A stretch of DNA of 64,000 bases from an uncultured cyanobacterium (GCA_963740315.1 CAVUDP010000001.1:1024001-1088000), one strand, 5' to 3'; counted from the first letter of the stretch, positions 1 to 10,636 are shown. Notes: a model not told the origin generated them from the letters alone. Program-made: numbers and translations.

Positions 1-336
1 TTTAGTACTGCCCAAGCTGTTTTATCCGAACAAAATTTGGAATTAAAGAATACAGCATACGCTTTAACAGCTGCCGGTGAATTACCTCCTATAGAAGAGT
101 CAGATATTTTTACATTAGAAATTGAAGACGAAGAGGCAGATTTAGAACCAGAACAGTTACAGTTATTAGCAAGTTTCTATTCTGAAGATCAAGAATACGC
201 AATTTATACGCCTTTAGATCCTTTGCTATTTTTTGCTCGTATATCTTCAGAAGGAAAACCGCAATTACTTTCACCAGAAGAGTTCCGTGAATTCCAACCA
301 TTATTAGAAGAGCATCTTTTTAACGAAGTTGATTAG
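1..336 (+). CDS. DUF3727/DUF1292-like acidic protein, 5' end outside the window
   Basis: Frame is open from position 1 (FSTAQAVLSEQNLELKNTAY...). Acidic sequence with LLASFY..QEYAIYTPLDPLLFFAR, typical of cyanobacterial DUF3727 proteins. Confidence 0.7.
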   Translation, partial: FSTAQAVLSEQNLELKNTAYALTAAGELPPIEESDIFTLEIEDEEADLEPEQLQLLASFYSEDQEYAIYTPLDPLLFFARISSEGKPQLLSPEEFREFQPLLEEHLFNEVD

Positions 337-383
337 CAATTAGTTGAATTTAATTAAACCCGATAAAATATTGCGGTAAAAAA

Positions 384-411
384 TGTAGAGACGTAGCAGT
401 GCTACGTCTCT
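384..411. repeat. REP-like palindrome family A (GTAGAGACGTAGCAnTGCTACGTCTCT)
   Basis: Hairpin with a GTAG end. Further copies at about 4676-4703, 34880-34905 (degenerate), 36184-36208, 36555-36583 and 46440-46464. Confidence 0.85.
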
Positions 412-495
412 TTAATTTTGTAGTTAAATTAGCCTGTATGTTGAATTCACAGCTAACGAAAAACAATCGCCGTAACCCAACATACTAACAACTTA

Positions 496-571
496 GTTTG
501 TAGTAAGCGATTTATCGCTTTCTTTGTCAAATCTGATGTTTAAGATGAGGACTAAAGTCCTTACTACAAAC
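496..571. repeat. REP-like doublet, family B (GTTTGTAGTAAG...CTAAAG..CTTACTACAAAC)
   Basis: Inverted pair of GTAG-ended hairpins. Related copies at 21565-21588, 23850-23874, 38814-39063 and 48846-48900. Confidence 0.8.
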
Positions 572-616
572 AAAATAAAATAAAAATGAATAACGCTCGT
601 TTAATCAAAATTAGAT

Positions 617-941
617 TGTAGGTTGGCTTCACGGCGCATAATAAATAATCGTTTTCAACTAATAATTAATATTACGCCGTAACCCAACATTCAATTGTGG
701 TAAGACTATATTTGGGCAAAGATATTTTTTAATTTATCCATAGTACTGATGTTGGGTTACGACACGATTAATATAAATTATCGTCACAAATTAAAATTAT
801 TTTTCGTGTCTAACCCAACCTACAATAACCCATCATCTTTTCTATTAATATTGTGAATTTGGCAAATATTGGGTTACGACACGATTAATATAAATTATCG
901 TCACAAATTAAAATAGTTTTTGGTGTCTAACCCAACCTACA
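617..941. repeat. Cluster of GTAGGTTGG...CCCAACA elements (family D), including a ~73-bp direct duplication
   Basis: Element at 617-689, plus near-identical copies at 750-824 and 869-941 in the opposite orientation. Relatives at 9236-9306, ~27722-27752 and ~33682-33710. Confidence 0.8.
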
Positions 942-953
942 ATCTATTACCAA

Positions 954-2324
954 TTACCAATTCTTCATCAAACATTCGGCAATTCTTTGCGCTGCACCGG
1001 GTTTACCCATGCGTCGATCGCCGTTTTTAGCGATCGCATACAGTCTATCGGGATTCGCTAAAAGGGTTTTGATTTCAGACGCTACATCGTTCGGTTGTTT
1101 GACTAAAATTACTGATGAACCTAAAAGGCGGCTTTGGGCTTCGGCGAAAGCTGGGGTGAATTGGGGCCCTTCTCCTGGTACGATCAATGCTGGTTTACCT
1201 AAGCCTACAAACTGTTCGGTGGCTGTACCCGCCATCGCGATCGCAATGTCTCCAAGATGCAGGCAATCATTATATTCAGTTTGGGTTAAAACAAGGTATG
1301 CATTTTTTTGTTTAAATGTCAATGCTTGGGGGTCGGGAATTTTAATGGGGGATTCTTCGTTGGGTACGATACGCCAATGATTTTTAAGGGTTTTAGCTAA
1401 GATATTGCAGTCTAAACCGGGAGCGATACCTGCTAAGAATACAAGGTTTCCGGAGGTGTGTCCGACGAAATCTTGTTCGCGGAACATTGCGATTAATCCA
1501 GAAACTGCAACTGTAATTTTTTCCCAGTTTGCGTAGGCTTCTGGAGTACGGGAACCGGGTAAGAGGGTAACAACTAAAGGACGTTCTATTTCTTGTCGTC
1601 GAGTATCGATCGTATAAAATTTTTGTAATGGAAAGCTTGGGTTTAAACCATCCATCATTGGGTTGCCCAAATCAAAAGCGGGAATTTTCCACTGTTTTAA
1701 TATTTCTGTGGTTAAAGAATCTCTAGGAAATACAGCTTTGCAGCGATCGCGACTCATTAACCATCTTTCCCAAGGTAGGTAAACAGAACCACTCCAGCCT
1801 TCCCGACGTGCTTTTTGGGTATCTCGTTTCAACCATCCAGTTTCATCTCGCAGATAATATTCCGATTTTGCCGTACCGACGAAAGCATATTCAGAACCGC
1901 TCAAGTAAGCGAACAATAACGGTACGATATCCCCTACAGCCAAAACCTTTGTAGAATAGCCAGATTTTTTCTGAGTTTTTACCCAGCGACGCACGGCTTT
2001 AAATTGATTGAGAGTTAGTTGTAGCAAACCGCCACGTACATCCCGCGCTAACTGTCGCCCATCCATGTATATAAAACCACCACTAGGCATCGAGCGTACT
2101 GAGCCGATCGCGGGAATATTTAGCTTTTGGTAAGCACGCCCTTCACCTACTAAAGGTAAAGCAAAGATTTCCGGCGGATTGTGCTGTTGCAATTCCCGTA
2201 AAATGCGAACTGCAATGACATCTTCCCCATGTCCGTTGCTTAATACTAATAACCGTACATTAGAAGTAGTGGCAGATGTTTTTTCAGTAAAGGGAAGGGG
2301 TGATATTTCACTCATGAGAAACAA
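954..2324 (-). CDS. Lipid-A-disaccharide synthase-related protein (TIGR03492-like, GT-B fold)
   Basis: Motifs SNGHGED, PSGGF, VGTAKS, GNPMMD, LLPGSR and MAGTATEQ. Confidence 0.85.
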   Translation of the reverse strand: MFLMSEISPLPFTEKTSATTSNVRLLVLSNGHGEDVIAVRILRELQQHNPPEIFALPLVGEGRAYQKLNIPAIGSVRSMPSGGFIYMDGRQLARDVRGGLLQLTLNQFKAVRRWVKTQKKSGYSTKVLAVGDIVPLLFAYLSGSEYAFVGTAKSEYYLRDETGWLKRDTQKARREGWSGSVYLPWERWLMSRDRCKAVFPRDSLTTEILKQWKIPAFDLGNPMMDGLNPSFPLQKFYTIDTRRQEIERPLVVTLLPGSRTPEAYANWEKITVAVSGLIAMFREQDFVGHTSGNLVFLAGIAPGLDCNILAKTLKNHWRIVPNEESPIKIPDPQALTFKQKNAYLVLTQTEYNDCLHLGDIAIAMAGTATEQFVGLGKPALIVPGEGPQFTPAFAEAQSRLLGSSVILVKQPNDVASEIKTLLANPDRLYAIAKNGDRRMGKPGAAQRIAECLMKNW

Positions 2325-2482
2325 AATTTTTTGATTAGCTGTCTCAAAAGGTAAGAGGGATATATAAAGTTATAAACAAATTGAAGAAACTGGAAGTTGG
2401 TATTATCCCCGGAAGCCGAACCCGATTATCAAAACTTATTATCAAGATACACACTAACTTTCAGTTCTTCAGGTTAAATATT

Positions 2483-4609
2483 ATGCGAGTTTCTTCTGCT
2501 GCAATTTTTACTTTAGCTGCTTTGGCGGCTAGCAATGTTAACCAGCAGGCAACTGCTGCAATCGATTCTACTGCCCCCGATGAGAAAGGTGAAAATGTTG
2601 TAATTCCGGTAGTTGAGGATACCCCCACACCAATACGGGTTATTTCTCAACCGGAAATTTTGGATGTGCAACAGTTTTCATCAGTTACCAGTGAACAGTT
2701 AGCAGTTAACAGTGAACAGTTAGCAGTTACCAGTGAACAGTTACCAATAAAGAGTAAAGGGGTAGAAGCTAAAAAGCAAGAAAAACAAACAGTAATTAAA
2801 ACGAATCCCAATCCCCCTATTTCCCCCTCTCCTCCTCTCCCTCCTTCCAAAACTCCTGTAAAAACCACAAATGATTTGGTTGTTCCTGCTACTGATGTGC
2901 GGATAGTGGGAGTAAGTTCGGAGTTGCAGGAGATTATTAAGGGTGTAATTAAGACGCAACCGGGAGGCGACGCGAGTGAAACTCAGCTAAAACAAGATGT
3001 GGCGGCTATTTTAGAAACTGGTTTCTTTGCTGGTGCTACTGTTAACAGTCGCAGTAACGAGCAAGGTTTGAGCGTAGTGTATCAGGTACAGCCAATAATA
3101 GTACGTTCGCTGCAATTGTCTGGTGCTAAAGCGCTTAATTATCAAGTTGCTCAAAAAGTTTTTCAATCGCAAATCGGCAAGCCTATTAGCCCGGTGGCAA
3201 TGAAAAAAGCGGTAGAGGATATTAATAAGTGGTATAGCGAAAATAGTTATAATCTGGCACGAATAGTTTCCATCAAACCCAACCGTCAAGGGGTATTAGA
3301 TGTAAATGTGGCGGAAGGTGTTATAGGAAACATTAAATTCCGTTTCATTAATGATGATAATAAGACGGTTGATAAAAAAGGTAAGCCAGTAGGGGGACGC
3401 ACTCAAACAGCATTTTTGGACAAGCAAATACAGCTTAAAGAGGGTCAAGTATTCCAAGAAAGCCTGGTTAGAAAAGACGTACAGCGGTTGTATGCGACTG
3501 GATTATTTGAAGCAGTAAATTTGGAACTTGAAGGTGATGCGAATAAAGTTGATGTAGTTTACTACATTAAAGAAACTGGAGCGCGTTCTGTGAATGTCGG
3601 TGGTAATTATAACGCCGACCAAGGAATTGTAGGTACTTTAAACTATAGCGATCGCAATGTTGGTGGTATCCAAGAGAATTTAAATGTTAATCTCCAGCTT
3701 TCGAGGCGCGATTTAAACTTTGATGGTAGGTTTACGAGTCCTTATCGAGCTAATAAACCCGATAATCTCGGCTACAGTATAAATGCTTTTCGTAAACGTC
3801 AACTTTCTAATACTTTCGATAGCGATATCAACCTAGCAAACGGCGATAAAGTCCGAGAAGGAAAGGTTGGTGGTAGTGTAAGTCTTCAACGTCCAATTGA
3901 CGGATGGAACACCAGCTTGGGATTTAACTATACTCGCGTTAGTATCACCGACAGTAAAGGTAAAGTTACTGCCAATGATGTTCAGAATAATCCTTTAACA
4001 AAAAGTGGTACTGGTATTGATGACTTGGCGACTGTATCGTTAAGTGCTGTTAAAGATCGTCGCGATAATCCTTTTAACCCTACGAACGGTTCTATGTTGA
4101 AGTTGAGTACGGAACAATCGCTTCCCTTCGGACAAGGGGAAATATCGATGAACCGTTTAAAAGCTGACTATACGCAGTTTGTACCAGTCCAGTTATTTGA
4201 ATCTTCTAAAACTCAAGTATTTGCTCTAAACGTCCAAGCAGGTACGGTAATTGGAGATTTACCTCCTTATGAAACTTTTAATTTAGGTGGTTCCAATTCC
4301 GTTCGCGGTTATGGCGGTGGTGATGTTGGTAACGGTCGCTCTTACGTATTAGCTTCCGCAGAATATCGCTTTCCCATTCCTGTTTTAGATTCTTTAGGAG
4401 GCGTACTTTTTGCCGATTTTGCCACAGATTTAGGATCTGGCGATACAGTAGTAGGAGATCCGGCTGGAGTACGGGGTAAATCCGGTGAAGGTTTTGGTTA
4501 CGGGGCTGGCTTGCGCGTTAATTCACCTCTAGGTTTAATTCGCGCTGACTACGGTATTAATGACCAAGGGGATACTAAAGTACATTTTGGTATAGGTCAA
4601 CGTTTTTGA
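2483..4609 (+). CDS. Omp85/BamA-TamA family outer membrane protein
   Basis: Signal peptide from the ATG at 2483, POTRA-like region, GG..SVRGY motif, C-terminal FGIGQRF beta signal. Confidence 0.9.
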   Translation: MRVSSAAIFTLAALAASNVNQQATAAIDSTAPDEKGENVVIPVVEDTPTPIRVISQPEILDVQQFSSVTSEQLAVNSEQLAVTSEQLPIKSKGVEAKKQEKQTVIKTNPNPPISPSPPLPPSKTPVKTTNDLVVPATDVRIVGVSSELQEIIKGVIKTQPGGDASETQLKQDVAAILETGFFAGATVNSRSNEQGLSVVYQVQPIIVRSLQLSGAKALNYQVAQKVFQSQIGKPISPVAMKKAVEDINKWYSENSYNLARIVSIKPNRQGVLDVNVAEGVIGNIKFRFINDDNKTVDKKGKPVGGRTQTAFLDKQIQLKEGQVFQESLVRKDVQRLYATGLFEAVNLELEGDANKVDVVYYIKETGARSVNVGGNYNADQGIVGTLNYSDRNVGGIQENLNVNLQLSRRDLNFDGRFTSPYRANKPDNLGYSINAFRKRQLSNTFDSDINLANGDKVREGKVGGSVSLQRPIDGWNTSLGFNYTRVSITDSKGKVTANDVQNNPLTKSGTGIDDLATVSLSAVKDRRDNPFNPTNGSMLKLSTEQSLPFGQGEISMNRLKADYTQFVPVQLFESSKTQVFALNVQAGTVIGDLPPYETFNLGGSNSVRGYGGGDVGNGRSYVLASAEYRFPIPVLDSLGGVLFADFATDLGSGDTVVGDPAGVRGKSGEGFGYGAGLRVNSPLGLIRADYGINDQGDTKVHFGIGQRF

Positions 4610-5089
4610 TAGTTAATATAACAGTTAACAATAGGCATCTTACTAAGATTTAAGGTATTTTGGGTGTAAGGATACGGAGACGTTGCAGTGCAACGTCTCT
4701 ACATTATTTTGATGTATTAATTAACTGCTAAACGCCTGAGTGGTTAGACGGATTAACCTAACTATGGTATAATCCCCATCTAAACTAATTTTGCCTTCAC
4801 TTATTAAATGGGTAGTATTTATTATCTATTTAATCAATCGAGTTAGAAACTTTGTTGTTTGTTCTTCGTCGTCTGGCATTGTCGGTTATTTATACTGCTC
4901 CAAATCATATATTAAAGTTTAATATGCAATTAGAAAAAGGAATAATTTAAAGCAAACTATATTTACGTATTATTTGTTACTATTTGAAGACTTTCGTTTT
5001 CTAAATATCTAGGTAACAAGCTAGTCCTAGTTTAAAATAAGAAATTACATTGCCTGCGCCTAATTGTTAAATCCCAGAGTTAAATCACT

Positions 5090-6793
5090 ATGCTAACTGG
5101 TAAAACCTTACAGGGTGGTAAATATACTATCAACCAGGAAATTGGAAGGGGTGGTTTTGGTATTACTTACAAAGCAACCCATCATTTCTTGAATCAGGAA
5201 GTGGTGATTAAAACCCTTAACCATAAACTGCAAAAGCATCCAGATTTCGCGAAATTTCAAAGTCAATTTCAAGATGAAGCGAGAAGACTGGCTAGTTGCG
5301 TTCATCCTAATATTGTGCGAGTTAGCGACTTCTTTGTAGAAGCTAGTTTTCCTTATATGGTGATGGAGTATATTCCCGGTGAAACTTTGAGTGAAGCATT
5401 TGTGATGCCGGGAATACCAATACCCGAAGAAACAGCAATTCATTACATTCGTCAAATTGGTGCGGCGTTGGGGGTAGTACATCAAAAAGGTTTACTGCAC
5501 CGGGATGTAAAACCAGATAATATTATTCTTCGCCAAAACACTCAAGAAGTAATTTTAATTGATTTTGGTATTGCACGGGAATTTAACACTGGGGTAAGAC
5601 AAACTCATACCGGAATGGTATCTGAAGGCTATTCCCCGATGGAACAATATCTTACAAGTGCAAAGCGATCGCCAGCTACTGATGTATACGGTTTGGCATC
5701 GACATTATATGCATTATTAACGGCACAAGTACCCATGCCGGTATTGTTGCGCGATCGCGAAAAAATGCCTGCTCCTCGCGAGTTGCAGCCACATTTGACT
5801 GCGGCAGCAAACCAAGCGGTAATGCGCGGTATGGCTGTAGAAGCGCGTTTTCGTCCGCAAACGGTAGCGGAATGGTTAGAATTACTTCCTGGTGTAGGAA
5901 GAAGAACTGTGATTCAGCCAGTACCGACTCATGCCGTACCGACTATTGATTTATCTACTCAAGAATACGAACCAACTTTACCGCCTCCTGCTGTAGCGGT
6001 AATCAATCCCGATATACCATCGAAAGAATTAAATTCAGAAGAAGCAGCTACCCAGATCGAAAAACCTTGGTTTAAGAGAATACGTTCACCTAGAGCTGCG
6101 ATCGGTGCGGGTGTAGCAATTTTTGGGATTACATTAGGTTTTGGACTGACTAAGATTGCTTCTACTGCCGAAAGACAGCAAAAAGTTGCACCACTCGAAG
6201 CGCCAATAAATGAAGCAGCCGCAGAAATACCGAATATAAAATTATTTCCTTCTCCTTCTCCTTCACCTTCACCTTCACCTTCAGCTTCACCTCAAAAAAC
6301 TGAAGATACAGAAGAAGCAAAAACGCCTTCAAGCACTAAGACTACAACTCCAAGAAGAGTTAGAAGGAGAAATACAACCAGAAAATCAACACCAACTTAC
6401 ACTCGCAAACGACGCAGGCGTAGCAATACTGCCTCTTCTCAGGAGAATAAAAAATCAACTTCAACTTCAAGTCAATCTAATTCATCATCTTCAAGACGCA
6501 GCTCGGAGAATAATACGGAAGGTACATCGCAAAGACGACGCAGCACTAGCGATACACCTAAAACTTCTATTACACCCAAAAAAGTAGTTCCCTCACCATC
6601 TTTAGTAGAAAGGCTGAGAAAAGTTAGAGATTCTCGTAGTAACAATTCATCTCCTAAAGATAGCGTCAAATTGAAACCTGTAAAAAAACCCAATCAACCT
6701 GTAGTAGTACCAGCTGCACCGGCAAAACAAGCAAAACCCGATACTCCAGCAGTGGTAGTACCAACTCAACAGGTGAACACTAATTCACAATAA
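5090..6793 (+). CDS. Hanks-type Ser/Thr protein kinase with one TM helix and a low-complexity C-terminus
   Basis: [21 protein letters not shown] and DVYG motifs; hydrophobic segment [18 protein letters not shown]. Confidence 0.93.
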   Translation: MLTGKTLQGGKYTINQEIGRGGFGITYKATHHFLNQEVVIKTLNHKLQKHPDFAKFQSQFQDEARRLASCVHPNIVRVSDFFVEASFPYMVMEYIPGETLSEAFVMPGIPIPEETAIHYIRQIGAALGVVHQKGLLHRDVKPDNIILRQNTQEVILIDFGIAREFNTGVRQTHTGMVSEGYSPMEQYLTSAKRSPATDVYGLASTLYALLTAQVPMPVLLRDREKMPAPRELQPHLTAAANQAVMRGMAVEARFRPQTVAEWLELLPGVGRRTVIQPVPTHAVPTIDLSTQEYEPTLPPPAVAVINPDIPSKELNSEEAATQIEKPWFKRIRSPRAAIGAGVAIFGITLGFGLTKIASTAERQQKVAPLEAPINEAAAEIPNIKLFPSPSPSPSPSPSASPQKTEDTEEAKTPSSTKTTTPRRVRRRNTTRKSTPTYTRKRRRRSNTASSQENKKSTSTSSQSNSSSSRRSSENNTEGTSQRRRSTSDTPKTSITPKKVVPSPSLVERLRKVRDSRSNNSSPKDSVKLKPVKKPNQPVVVPAAPAKQAKPDTPAVVVPTQQVNTNSQ

Positions 6794-6948
6794 GTAATTA
6801 CTCCCTTCCCGGCGTTGAGTGAGGGGGAAGAGGGGGAAGAGGGGGGAGAAATTTTATAGGTAATCTAAGTGAAACGGGAGTAATATATGCCCATGCCCAA
6901 CGGCGAATAAAATATCATATCTTAAACCCGATCGCTGATAACTGAATT

Positions 6949-7920
6949 CTACTTCCAATTTCCTACAGCTTTGGAAATAGCAAACTTTTGTTCAATTTGT
7001 AGTATTGCAGCTTGCCAAACTTCATACCCGTTTAAACTTAAATGCAAGCCATCGGTAGTTAAATCTTGCCGTAAATCGCCTTTGAAATCGGCAAACCATT
7101 TGTGAAGATTAACGTAATTAACTTTTTCTTGTTTCGCAATCAGTGCTAATTGGGCATTGATATTGCGAATGCGGCTATTAGGAATTGTTGGTAGACGAGT
7201 TGGTAATATTGACTGAATAACAATATAGCTATTAGGATGAGTAATCTTCAAACGACGAACCATTCGCCGATGATTGTCCAAAATTACTCGATCTGACGTA
7301 CCTTTTCTTAAATCGTTGACTCCAGCCATAATATAAATTATTTCTGGCTTTGTAGAAGAAAACGCCGATAGTCTTGTTAATATTCCAGTGGAAGTATCGC
7401 CTGATATGCCTTGATTTAACCATAACTTTCCACTTGGAAGTCGATTGTTAGGAAACCACAGACTCAAAGAATCCCCTACCATAATACTCAAGCGATTTTT
7501 ACCTTGTCCTTTAACCATTGCTCTGGCTTCTAGAGCTAACAATCTTTTCCAATCTTGATATGTTAATTTAGGCTTTCTCTGCGTAATTAATAGCGATTGC
7601 AACTTTTCACTAGCCAAGCGCGTATAAATATAACCTGCTTTCAGGGCTGCTAACCTTTCGTAATAAAGTTGATTTCCAGATATTAACCTTCTTTTTACAG
7701 GTTGAGGAGGGTTAAAAGAAGATTCTGCGGGTGATGAAAGCGCTTGAGATACAAAGTCCGATTCAGAGACTGTATTCTCTACTTGTTTTGCTTCCCAGCC
7801 ATCTTGCCGATTGAATAAAAGCTGATAATGCTGCGGTTTGAGTGCTGGTAGCTGCGGTAAAGCCGATATTGGTAGCGTCAATCCGATTAACAAGCTTGTT
7901 GCGAGTAAATACAATCTCAT
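6949..7920 (-). CDS. SGNH/GDSL hydrolase family protein
   Basis: GDSL, NQGISGD, MAGVND and DGLH blocks; N-terminal signal peptide. Confidence 0.9.
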   Translation of the reverse strand: MRLYLLATSLLIGLTLPISALPQLPALKPQHYQLLFNRQDGWEAKQVENTVSESDFVSQALSSPAESSFNPPQPVKRRLISGNQLYYERLAALKAGYIYTRLASEKLQSLLITQRKPKLTYQDWKRLLALEARAMVKGQGKNRLSIMVGDSLSLWFPNNRLPSGKLWLNQGISGDTSTGILTRLSAFSSTKPEIIYIMAGVNDLRKGTSDRVILDNHRRMVRRLKITHPNSYIVIQSILPTRLPTIPNSRIRNINAQLALIAKQEKVNYVNLHKWFADFKGDLRQDLTTDGLHLSLNGYEVWQAAILQIEQKFAISKAVGNWK

Positions 7921-8199
7921 CTTATTTTTTCTTTCCTCCCTACTTAATCAGGTGACGGTATTAGCTTGCTGAATTGACAAAAAATAGTAATAAAAGCTAA
8001 TTCATTGTTTTTATTATTTTCAAATAGATCCCATAGAGATGTAAAGCCACTTTTAGGTGTAGGGATTAAATTTTTGACAAAGAAATATCGGTATATTCGG
8101 AGACTTGATGAAGTTTTTACATTTGCGAATTTAGAGTGCAGCAAATTTACATAATTATATGTAAGCAAGCATTTAGTTTCAGTTTAAAAATATACCCAT

Positions 8200-8225
8200 A
8201 AAAAAGCGCAGTCACCGTAACTGCG
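8200..8225 (-). terminator. Putative intrinsic terminator of the methyltransferase gene
   Basis: CGCAGT/ACTGCG stem followed by a U tract on the minus strand, just after the stop at 8235. Confidence 0.5.
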
Positions 8226-8234
8226 AATTAATGT

Positions 8235-9143
8235 TTATCTAATTTCTCCATCTTCAAATCTATACTTACTCCCTATCAGATAACTTTCATTAATTTCAAA
8301 CGACATCCAACGGCGTTGCAAAGTTTCCGCAACAAAACCTGTTGTATTAGAACCTGCGAAGGGATCTAAAATAACATCACCTTCATCTGTCAAAAATTTA
8401 ATGAAGAACTCCGCGAAACCACGGGGAAAACGTGCTGGGTGAGGTTTGATTCCCGCTTGTTTACAGCGTCGCATATAAAAACTGTTTGATTCGGTGTTAG
8501 CAATTTCTAACAAATTTGGTGGAATAGCACCTTTATTGTCTTTTTGGAATTTATCGGAAATATCGTGTCCGCTGGGACGTAATTTTGCTTTATAGCCTTT
8601 TTTTAGTAATTTTTTCATACTCTGGCTATAAGGTTTCAAAACTTTGCGGTTATCGGCTTTGGGATGAGGAGTTTTCGATAGCCACCAAACTGAATTAACT
8701 GAATCTTTAACTCGTATGCGTTTAATAGTTACCCATTCTGCGGGGGTAGGTAATCTAGAAGGATTGTAATGAAAAAATTCTTGAGCCAGATAAAAGCCGA
8801 CTTCTTTGCAGAGTCTGACTAAAAGCTCGTATTGGTAAATGCTACGAATCGGATTACCCGGAAGATAAGCGCCGCCTAAATCTAATACAAAAGAGCCGTT
8901 TATTGTAAGTACTCTTTTAAATTCATCAGCAAAAGGTAGAAACCATTCGATATATTTATCCGCGCTTTCGTTACCGTATTCTTTTTTGCGAGTTAGCGCG
9001 AATGGTGGGGAAGTAACGATTAAATTTATGCTGTTTTCTGGGATTGTTTTGATTAATTCTAAGCTGTCACCTAAATAGGCTGCGCCGTGATTTGTGGAGT
9101 AGTAGGGGGGGAGGTTGGTTAAGTTTGGGGGGTTATCTTTCAA
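8235..9143 (-). CDS. Site-specific DNA methyltransferase (beta-class N4-C/N6-A, PvuII-like), apparently orphan
   Basis: TSPPF catalytic motif IV precedes HPARFP and the SAM-binding DPFAGSNTT motif. No endonuclease gene adjacent. Confidence 0.88.
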   Translation of the reverse strand: MKDNPPNLTNLPPYYSTNHGAAYLGDSLELIKTIPENSINLIVTSPPFALTRKKEYGNESADKYIEWFLPFADEFKRVLTINGSFVLDLGGAYLPGNPIRSIYQYELLVRLCKEVGFYLAQEFFHYNPSRLPTPAEWVTIKRIRVKDSVNSVWWLSKTPHPKADNRKVLKPYSQSMKKLLKKGYKAKLRPSGHDISDKFQKDNKGAIPPNLLEIANTESNSFYMRRCKQAGIKPHPARFPRGFAEFFIKFLTDEGDVILDPFAGSNTTGFVAETLQRRWMSFEINESYLIGSKYRFEDGEIR

Positions 9144-9145
9144 AT

Positions 9146-9197
9146 ACCTGGCGAATGGAATTCGCGGCTACACAAGCAAAACCCGCCTGCGCGGGTT
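9146..9197. repeat. Dispersed palindromic repeat family E (GCTACAC..CAAA..CCGCCTGCGCGG)
   Basis: Relatives at 24638-24743 (doublet), 27811-27919 (doublet) and 47726-47773. Confidence 0.75.
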
Positions 9198-9402
9198 ATA
9201 GATTGAAGTTTATCATTAGATATTATTTTTTATTTTGTAGGTTAGTTTCACGGCGCAGGAAAAGGCGTGGTTTTTGATGAATAATCTGCATCGCCGTAAC
9301 TCAACATTTCATTGTTAGTTATCTAGATAATTTTATGGGGAAGAGGCGGGCTGGAAGCCCACCCCACAAGAAAATTATTAGATAAAAATCTGAATTATGG
9401 AA

Positions 9403-9873
9403 TTATTCTGATAATCGCCATAAAAAAGGGTATTCTTCTGGAGTATTACAAAGACTTGCTTTAACTGGATTTTGTCTAATATATTCCCAATAATAACTGA
9501 ATTCTTGGTCGTTTCTAACAATATGGTCATGCCGTTCATCTTGCCATACTGTTCCTATATGTTTCATAACTTTAGGAATTTGATTAGCACTGTAACTTTT
9601 AATGCTGTGCAATATACTACTAAGCGACCAAAATTGCTTTTCTGATTTAGGCAAGGGTTTTATTAATATATGTACGTGGTCTACCATTACAACTAAAACA
9701 AATATTTGATATCTTTTATTATTGAAAAACAAGCAGCTATCAAAAACAACTTGTCTTGCTTCTGGAGTAAGCTCTAATTTTTCCCAAGTATTGAAAGTAA
9801 TAAAATAAGTAGAACCTTCTAACTCCCAGTGAGGTAATCTTCTCTGGGAGGTTGTAAATTTTGATTTTTGCAT
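9403..9873 (-). CDS. REP-associated tyrosine transposase (RAYT, Y1 HUH family)
   Basis: RRLPHW, YFITFNT, HUH motif MVDHVH, WQ..HDHIVR and YIRQNPVKA; flanked by REP palindromes. Confidence 0.88.
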   Translation of the reverse strand: MQKSKFTTSQRRLPHWELEGSTYFITFNTWEKLELTPEARQVVFDSCLFFNNKRYQIFVLVVMVDHVHILIKPLPKSEKQFWSLSSILHSIKSYSANQIPKVMKHIGTVWQDERHDHIVRNDQEFSYYWEYIRQNPVKASLCNTPEEYPFLWRLSE

Positions 9874-10087
9874 TTGATTTTAAAAAATGATTAAAGTTGG
9901 TTTGGGCGGGCAAGGATGCCCACCCCACAAGAGTTTGAGTATTTAAAACTTAGGTTTTAATCTAAATCGATTTTATTCGGTAAATTTTTGTTTGTCTTGT
10001 AGATTGGGCGGGCAGGGATGCCCACCCCACAAGAAACAAGAAAATATTAATTGTTGCTATGTGTTAGTTAAATTCGGCAATTGAACT

Positions 10088-10567
10088 ATGAAAGAATATA
10101 AAAGAAGGATAGAAGAAAGGCGAGAACTGAACCGATGCTTTGATGCTGGAGACATCGAGTTTATCAACAGATTTTTTACCCCCAGTATAAGTACTGAAGA
10201 ATTTCTCGAATATGTTGCTGCTGGCGAAAAGGACTTTGTTGATATCTGCCTCGCAGGACTCAATCTTGCGCGAATCAACTTGGCTAATACTAATTTGACT
10301 GGAGTTAAATTAGTAGGAAGTAATCTGAGCGGTGCTAACCTGACTGCTGCTAATCTGAGTTATGCCTATTTAGATGGGGCTAATCTTAAAGGTTCTAATT
10401 TAGAGGGTGCCAACATTACTGAAGCTTCCGTTGTGGGAACTAACTTTGAAAATGCCAACCTGCGAGGAACTGTTGGTTTCTTTGGTGAGGCTCTTGGATC
10501 TTTCTATCACAATACTATTATGCGTAACGGTGGTATTTGTACTCAACCGTATACGGAAGAATATTGA
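10088..10567 (+). CDS. Pentapeptide repeat protein
   Basis: YVAAGEKDF cap followed by A(D/N)L-type pentapeptide repeats. Confidence 0.9.
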   Translation: MKEYKRRIEERRELNRCFDAGDIEFINRFFTPSISTEEFLEYVAAGEKDFVDICLAGLNLARINLANTNLTGVKLVGSNLSGANLTAANLSYAYLDGANLKGSNLEGANITEASVVGTNFENANLRGTVGFFGEALGSFYHNTIMRNGGICTQPYTEEY

Positions 10568-10636
10568 TTATCTCTTGTGGGGTGGGCTTCCAGCCCGCCA
10601 TTTATTTCTATTCATTCCCAACCCCCAACTCCATAC

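Larger units (their letters stand above)
9345..10599. mobile_element. REPtron-like unit: RAYT gene and pentapeptide gene with four family-C REPs
   Basis: REPs at 9345-9370, 9904-9931, 10006-10033 and 10574-10599. The outer two are exact 26-bp reverse complements. Confidence 0.7.

Noticed and set aside
2381..2482. N-terminal extension of the Omp85 ORF
   Set aside because: TTG start; the signal peptide begins at the ATG at 2483.
9403..9873. IS200/IS605 insertion sequence with tnpB
   Set aside because: No tnpB is present. The motif pattern and multiple flanking REPs fit a RAYT better.
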